NCBI GenBank assembly: GCA_044892525.1 | Contig: CM097885.1 | Span: 40,302,001 to 40,366,000, forward strand | DNA: 64,000 bases | Source: Schmidtea polychroa | Taxonomy: Eukaryota | Direction: 5' to 3' | Part shown: in pieces, positions 56,830 to 64,000 of the stretch | How positions within the stretch are numbered: position 1 is the stretch's first letter | Layout of the letters: each line of letters opens with the position of its first letter | Notes under the pieces: generated by a model | The model's input: only the letters and a program-made list of their open reading frames with translations | What the model was told of the DNA's origin: nothing | Database searches by the model: none | Translations under genes and position numbers: made by a program

Positions 56830-59800
56830 TTCGGACAAGCGTGCGCTGGTTTTATTGGCATCTATGTGATCGTAGTAACAATAGAGGTGATACTATCTCA
56901 AATTTTATCTGCTCATAGAATATATCAAATATCTGGATGGTCATGGAAAATAATTATTGGCTGTATTCCGTTTATAGCAAGATTTTTTATTACTCATCAT
57001 CAATATAAAGAAATGGAGAATGTGAGAGCACAGTTAAAAACTGATCAAAAGAGTGAAGAATCTTTGTGTGAATCGAGGGATAGAAATAGTGGCAATAACA
57101 ACAACAATGACAATGGCAGAAACGAGCAAATGTATTTTAGAAAAGAAATAATGAAAAGCGAGGTAAAACCAGAGTCACGGTGTCTACTAGAACAGATGCC
57201 AAAACTTACAGGAATCGACACTCTCTCAAAATGGTATACACCGGTATTCCTTCCAAGAGCACCAACATAGCCAAGTGAAAGGCTAAAAGAAATGAAACCA
57301 GTAGAACATATTAAACTAGAAGCCGAAAGGATTGAACCAACAAGTGCTGAAATAGAACGGAAAAACATGCTCGGATTACCATGTAGTTATGCCTTGATGA
57401 CAATAGGAAATAGAGGCAAACAACCTCGAACAAATATACTATTTAACAAGAGAAAGGTCAAAGCCTTGTTAGATTCCGGTTCCAGTCATACTATAGTGTC
57501 AGATAAACTGTTGACAAGGGAAAAGAGAGCAAAGATGAAACCGACGAATAAAATTATTAAATCAATGTCTCACAATGTATTGAATATAATCGGGAAGTTA
57601 GAAGTCAAATTAATCATTGGTAATCAAGAAATAACAAATTATGTGTCAGTAATGAGTAAAAGCCTTGTTGAATGTTTAATTGGTATGGATGTTATGGAGC
57701 AACTGCGAGGAATTGCGCTGGATCTGACAACAGGAAAATGAATAAAGGGACAATTAGATACAGTTGCAAATAAACCAAGAGAAGTTGTTTTAAATCAAAC
57801 GTTGGAAATACCAGGAAGAAGCGAAATAATATGTTATGCTAGTGTAGCAAACACGTCAGATGACGAATGTGTTTTTGAACCCAGTCGAAAACTAGTAGAG
57901 AAATACGAATTGCCAATGTGCGACGAGATAGTACAAGTAAAAGATCAGGCAGTGCCAGTGAGAATGGCTAATCTTAGCACAAAATCTATCCAAATGAAAC
58001 CTAACACGAAGTTAGGAAAGTTAATGAAATTTAAAACAGAAGAAGCCCAAAAATTACCGAGAAACATTAAAATTTATAGAAAACCACAAGTGACGAGCAA
58101 CGATTTTACAGAAGCACAAAAACAACAGTTTATGGCATTATTAAAAAAGTACAAAAGAGTGTTTGCAAAGCACGAGTATGATTTGGGACTTACCCAGGTG
58201 ATCGAACATGAGATACCACTACTCGACAAAACTCCTATTAAATCCCTTATATACATCAAGAGGAAAGTGATAGACAGATAAAAGGGATGAAAGAGTTTGA
58301 CATAATAAGAGACAGTTCATCACCATTCTCATCCTCAATAGTAGTAGTCAAAAAGAAAGACGGTGATTTACGGTTTTGTGTGGATTATCGAAAATTGAAT
58401 CAGGCTACAAGAAAAGACACCTACCCTATTCCAGTTCCACAGGAAATGTTTGATCAAATGGGAGAAGTACAATTCTTCACAGTAATCGATTTGAATAAGG
58501 GATATAATCAATTTAAAGTAAAAGAAGAAGATAGAAGGAAAACGGCATTTTCAGACGGTAAAGGTTTGTACGAATTCAATGTGTTACCATTTGGCTTAAC
58601 GGGAGCGCCAGCCACGTTCCAGCGAGGTATGAATTTTGTGTTAAGAGATATCCCACACGCATTAGTTTATATTGATGATATAATAATATTTTCGAATAAT
58701 TTTCAGGAACATTTGGAAGATGTAGAAACAGTATTCCAAAGATTGTTAAAGGCGAATTTAAAAATAAAACCCTCAAAATGTGAATGGGGGAAATCAGAGG
58801 TAGTCTATGTTGGTCATATTATATCCCGAAATGGATTACAGCCAAACCCCGAAAATGTAGAAAAAATTAAAAATTATCCAATTCCAAAAAATGTAGATCA
58901 TGTTAGATAATTTCTCGGATTAGCCAATTATTATAGAAAATTCATTAAAAATTTTGCGCATGTAGCACAACCCCTGAACATATTATTAAAAAAGCAGGCT
59001 CAATTTAAATGGACAAAAACACAACAGGAAGCGTTCGAATCGCTGAAAGAAAGTTTGATTAAAAAACCAATATTAAGATGTCCCAATTTTAAAATACCAT
59101 TTATCCTAATGACAGATGCGAGCAATTTTGCGTTGGGCGCAGTGCTAGGACAACAGGTTGAAGGAGAAAGAGATCACGTCATCGCATATGCGAGTAGAAC
59201 TTTGAAACCACATGAAAAGAATTATTCTACGATTGAAAAAGAAACGTTGGCATTAGTTTATGGAATAACTACATTTCGACAGTATTTAGTTGGGAGAAGA
59301 TTTGTTGTCTTTACGGACCATAACCCTTTACAATGGCTCATGAAGCATAGAGATTCAACAAGTAAGTTGATTAGATGGTCAATTGCACTACATGAATATG
59401 ATTTTGAAATTAAATACCGTACGGGTAAATCAAATGCAAATGCAGACACACTGTCGAGAATCCCTGAAGAAAATAATAATAATAATGAAAAAACGAACTA
59501 TAATGATACAATATTTATGGTAATCAAATCAGCAAATAATATAAAAGAATTACAATATGATCAAGAAAATGATGAGGAACTAAATCAATTACAAAAAAAT
59601 GCAGTAACAATTAAAAAGGAGAGTGATTGGAAACATATTATTGATGAAAAACATAAATATATTATCCACGAAGGTTTATTAAAATGTGTAAAAAATGAAA
59701 ATTTACTAATTATAGTTCCATCAAAACATCGAGAAGCATTATTGTTGATTTACCACGATGGAGCACTAGGAGGGCATTTATCAGCTCGAAAAACATTATC

Positions 59801-60873
59801 AAGATTGAAATTGAAGTATTATTGGGAGACAATGGAACAAGATGTCAAACAATGGTGCCATACTTGTAGAGTATGCTTGACAAGACGAAATACAGGAAGG
59901 AAAATAAAAGTTCCACTAAGACCTATGCGAATCAATGGAAATGACAGCAATGGACATTGTCGGTCCATTGCCGGAAACAATAAAGGGCAATAAATATATC
60001 GTTGTATTTTGCGACTATCTAACTAAATGGCCAGAAGCATATGCCATGCAAAATCAAAAGGCAGAAACAGTTGCAAAAATATTAGTAGAAAACATTATTT
60101 TCCGATATGGAGCACCAAAGAAATTACTTACGGATCAAGGAACGAATTTTCAAAGTGAATTATTTAGTTCGATATCGGAGCTATTTGGTATATTAAAACT
60201 TAGTACATCACCATATCATCCACAAACAGATGGCCTAGTAGAAAGGTTTAACGGAACATTAATTAATATGATATCATCTTATGTGAATCGAAAAGAAAGA
60301 GATTGGGATTTATTTATCAAACCATGTTTATTCGCATATCGAAATGCAGTTAATGAAAGCACTGGTGAAACACCCTTTTATCTTATGTATCTACGGCGAA
60401 ATAATATGCCAATTGATTTGAAATTTCAAACACCTATATCACAGTTTATGGATATATCCGATTATAAAGTAATTATGCATGAGAGATTACAGTCAGTGTG
60501 GGCTCAAGCTGGTTTAAAAATAAGACATAGCCAGGAAACATATAAAGAATCCTACGACAGAAAAGCACATGCTCATAATATTAATATAGGAGATTTAGTC
60601 TATGTGAATAAACCAGAACCAGAAAAGGGCTTGTCACCAAAGTTACAACGACCGTTTAAAGGACCGTATATTGTATGTGATACAACAGAAACCAACCTGA
60701 AATTACGTCCACAAAATAATAAAAAGGCTGGGACAATTATAGTTCATGCTAATCGTTGTAAGAAAGTGCCGGCAATGGAGAGTGATAGATATCCGTTAAG
60801 ATCGAAAAAGAACAAATCAGTAGAAGAAAAAGTGGTCAAGCAAAAAGTTATTAAAAACCCAGTACCCTTATGA
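56830..60873 (+). pseudogene. pol: Element A env TM/tail + Pol (PR-RT-RNaseH-IN) with stops and frameshifts
   Basis: FGQACAGFIG TM continues env; ALLDSGS; RFCVDYRKLN; YIDD; TDASN; TDHNPL; HHCC; MDIVGP; TDQG; ERFN; GPY. Stops at 57268, 57739 and 58908. Confidence 0.92.
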
Positions 60874-62097
60874 TATACCACGAAAGTCTTATTGATAACA
60901 ACAATAATGCTACTAAATGTTTTGGGAACAAATGCAGGTCGATCTTTTCCAAAGTATGCAATAAAAAGGGTCCCATTATTGGAGAAAATTCATATATATT
61001 CAACATGTACCCAAATAGTATGGTTTTATCTGTGTGGGTCAACGGAAGAAATAGAAATAAGTAATTTATTAAATTACTTTGACCCACCTGTAAAGTTGAA
61101 TTTCAATATAAATATTTTCGTGGCTCGTCAATTAACAGTCAATTATGAATACACTTGGCAAATAACAGAGTTACTATTTCAAAATAATAATACAAAAATA
61201 CGTAATATAATCCAAATTGAAATATTAACAAAAAATTTAAACAGTCTGGTTTCAATAGAACCAGTAGTGAATGGAATCGACGTATATTGGGAACCCCACG
61301 AATCCCAAAAAGTGAAATTAATCTTCCAAAATAATATTATCGATACATTAAACATCAGAAAACCCTTTGTCCATTACAACAATTTAAAATTAAATCAAAC
61401 GTATGATATCGTTGTGCAATATTATGAAAAGCTTTTGCGTGAAAATGGTACCGAAATCGATAACCAGTGGGTAAAAATTGATTCTACTCGACAATCCATA
61501 AAATTGGAAAATGAACCAAATCGTATTATTTTACGATATGACAATCAAAAATGGATAGCCACACGACAAGCGATAACCAATAAAAAAGTGGAAATTTATT
61601 ATTGCGGAAAACTGCAAGCTATATTGCAAGGTAATATTACATCTTAAATATTAACATTTCAGAAAATACGTTCAAAGTCAACTTCAAAAATTGTGATTGT
61701 AAAAATAAAATATTATCAACTTGCTTTTCATCCCGATCATTGGAAAATCGTTCTAGTGGAAAGTAAATCTATTCGAGTACAATTTGATACAACTGAGGCA
61801 GAAAGCTCAAAATACGTGCACAATTCATCAACCAATGTGATTTATCAACTCATAAATGACATTAATTCTTCTCTTATTAATGGAACACAAATTCCAAGAA
61901 ACAAAACTACATTCTCATTATCAAATGATTTTGAAAATACTTATGTTATTTTGTCATCTATCATCATCAGTGTGACACCATTTTCCATTATCATTCTTCT
62001 CACTCTACTGATTTACTTTCAAAGACTTAACAGACAATATGAATGTCAATCCAAGACCTCAAAACCTTGGATTGTCTATGAAGAAACATGGGTCTAG
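60874..62097 (+). pseudogene. Element A post-integrase type I membrane protein with FN3-like ectodomain
   Basis: Same frame as integrase (stops at 60871 and 61645); signal-like LLITTIMLLNVLG; IDVYWEP..YNNLKLNQTYDIVVQ; TM VILSSIIISVTPFSIIILLTLLIYF. Confidence 0.6.
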
Positions 62098-62471
62098 TGA
62101 GATACATTTATTTTGCATGCAATTATGATATTATAATAGTACTGTATTAGTAGTAACTTTTATTTTATGATAGTTGTAAAATTTGCACCTTTCAATCAAA
62201 GAGAAATATGATTGGCTAAGAGGGATAGAGGGATAATATGAACTAAATTTTATGGGAAAGAAAATTTAATAACTGTACATAAGGGGTCGTAAAAATAATT
62301 AAAATCAGTTTAAATTAATTCAATCAAAAAATTAAGATCTTTCAAAATTGAAAGGTAAATTTTTATTTATTATTTATACAGTGATCACCAAGGCAGTGCC
62401 CCTAAGGTACTCTACCGTGTTGATCACTTCAATCTTAAATTCTAACAAATTTAATAGTGAATATTTCAGTA

Positions 62472-63815
62472 ATGGAACAAATCCAAAGAACAAGAGCAAT
62501 TTATGACGGATATTTGAAGATATACCGCAACCACGTAGGACAAGATGCCATCACCATCAATGACAACCGGAAAATCCCAAACTACTTGAGGGTGGACGAC
62601 AGAAAAATGAAAACTCAAATTTTTAAAGTGAGCCGGAAATCGGTGAAAATAATAGAAGAAGATGAAATCAAGGATGGCAATGAGTACACGCTACACGTGA
62701 TCAAAGGGAAAGTGGAGGTGATAGACGAACGACAAAAAGTCTATTGGGAATTACACCAAGGATCATCGTGGAAACTGCAGAAAGAAACCTTGAGGAAAAA
62801 GTTGAGAGCATCCAATGAAGATTCAAGAGTTGTTGTGGAAACACGAAGCCCGAACGAGGAAAATGAAATTCCACAAACCGCTTCAAAATTGCCAGATGAT
62901 CCAACCATGCTTCCAATTACTACAGAAATGCTGAAAAGAAGATTGTCATTTATTCGAAAGGAAATGAGTCTGGAAGAGATACGGAACCGAATTGTGTTTA
63001 TGGATGCAGAATATGGAACATCAGAAAATAATAAAATGATTCCATTGTCAATAGCGATGATGAATTACGAAGGAAAAATAATTAAAAATTCATATTTGAC
63101 ACCGAGAGGAAGATTGCGTCATTTTAATTCCAGCATTCATGGTATCACAGAGATTGCCAGTAGGAACCAATGCGACCAGTATACGGAGATGCGAGAAGTT
63201 CAAAAACTAACTGTTGGAAAAATTTTAGTGGGACATGATCTTCATGCAGAATTGGAACATTTGAAAATCTGGACAAATCAATTATACGGAATTAGGGATT
63301 TAGCAACAGCACAGGCACTCCAACTGAAAGGAATAACAAGGAGAGGAGAATTCTTTAAACTCAAAACAGTGGTTGAAGAAATACTCGGAGAACAAACACA
63401 AACTGGTATTCACTCAGCATTGGAAGATGTCAAAAATGTACGGAGAGTGTACAGAAAAATTGAGAATTTATGGGAAGATGATGTAAAAATCCAGAAAATA
63501 GTCCCATCAAAGAAATATTCTTTAGCCGAATATCAAAAACTTTATGCGGTGGACAAAGTACCAACAACGAGTGGAACATCATTTGAGATAGTGGAACAAG
63601 TCGATCTAACAATTGAGGAACAAATGGAAATTGACGAAGCACCGTTGAAATGGGCAACTGAAGAATATTTGGATCCGATCAAGGAAAGCCTCGAAATGAT
63701 AATAAGTTTATCGATTCACAGAATTCCGGCATCATTTGAACATGGGCCTATTCTTCATTTAGAGAATAGAAAAAGAAAATCTACAACGAAAATCGAAGCG
63801 AGTCCATCATGGTGA
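62472..63815 (+). CDS. DEDDh 3'-5' exonuclease (REXO4/ISG20-like) with N-terminal extra domain; accessory gene of element A
   Basis: VFMDAEY, SIHGIT, KILVGHDL, IRDLA, HSALEDV all intact; upstream ATTGG (62211), TACATAA (~62275), TCAGT (~62305) and an acceptor before the ATG. Confidence 0.88.
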   Translation: MEQIQRTRAIYDGYLKIYRNHVGQDAITINDNRKIPNYLRVDDRKMKTQIFKVSRKSVKIIEEDEIKDGNEYTLHVIKGKVEVIDERQKVYWELHQGSSWKLQKETLRKKLRASNEDSRVVVETRSPNEENEIPQTASKLPDDPTMLPITTEMLKRRLSFIRKEMSLEEIRNRIVFMDAEYGTSENNKMIPLSIAMMNYEGKIIKNSYLTPRGRLRHFNSSIHGITEIASRNQCDQYTEMREVQKLTVGKILVGHDLHAELEHLKIWTNQLYGIRDLATAQALQLKGITRRGEFFKLKTVVEEILGEQTQTGIHSALEDVKNVRRVYRKIENLWEDDVKIQKIVPSKKYSLAEYQKLYAVDKVPTTSGTSFEIVEQVDLTIEEQMEIDEAPLKWATEEYLDPIKESLEMIISLSIHRIPASFEHGPILHLENRKRKSTTKIEASPSW

Positions 63816-64000
63816 ATGGAATAGTCTATTATCGGGAGAAAACATATATCCGCTACAAGAGTGAGGCGGGAGAAATAGAATTAAAAATTGATTAATCATT
63901 GTTATATATATTATGATTAATAAAAACTTTCCCTCGTCTTATAAATATTTTAGCGTCCCATCCCATAATTGAATATTAAATTAAATAAATAAAATAATCA

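Larger units (their letters stand above)
20685..64000 (+). mobile_element. Gypsy LTR retrotransposon A (env-bearing, decayed), split by element B; 3' LTR not in window
   Basis: TG..CA LTR plus PBS, then gag, env broken at 27736 and resuming at 56830, then PR-RT-RH-IN and accessory genes. Confidence 0.85.

Noticed and set aside
2757..61647. Alternative genetic code (TAA/TAG = Gln) suggested by many in-frame TAR stops
   Set aside because: Conserved genes (integrase, ATPase, pPolB, transposase) end normally at TAA, and TGA stops and frameshifts also occur; ordinary decay explains it.

Overview
AT-rich eukaryotic (invertebrate-like) DNA made almost entirely of nested mobile elements, with no clear host gene. 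Left to right: (1) 1-5509, the minus-strand remnant of an accessory gene region (a catalytically degenerate DEDDh exonuclease) interrupted by a dead hATm-type DNA transposon (2093-5316). (2) 5510-20671, a near-complete Polinton/Maverick (adintovirus-like) element with capsids, PLA2-integrase, ATPase, protease and pPolB. Its TIRs contain nested inverted ends, and it carries four tRNA-like Pol III units. (3) From 20685 to beyond the window, Gypsy LTR element A, decayed. (4) 27737-56829, a young 29-kb giant Gypsy element B with ~3.9-kb LTRs, inserted into the env region of A. A and B share an unusual reconstructed polyprotein order: Gag - ubiquitin-like domains - Bcl-2-like - chuvirus-like envelope glycoprotein - protease - RT - RNase H - integrase - second membrane protein. 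B also carries IAP-type RING, TRAF, ankyrin and coiled-coil cargo; A carries an intact DEDDh exonuclease. All domain calls are by-eye motif recognition; no database searches were run.
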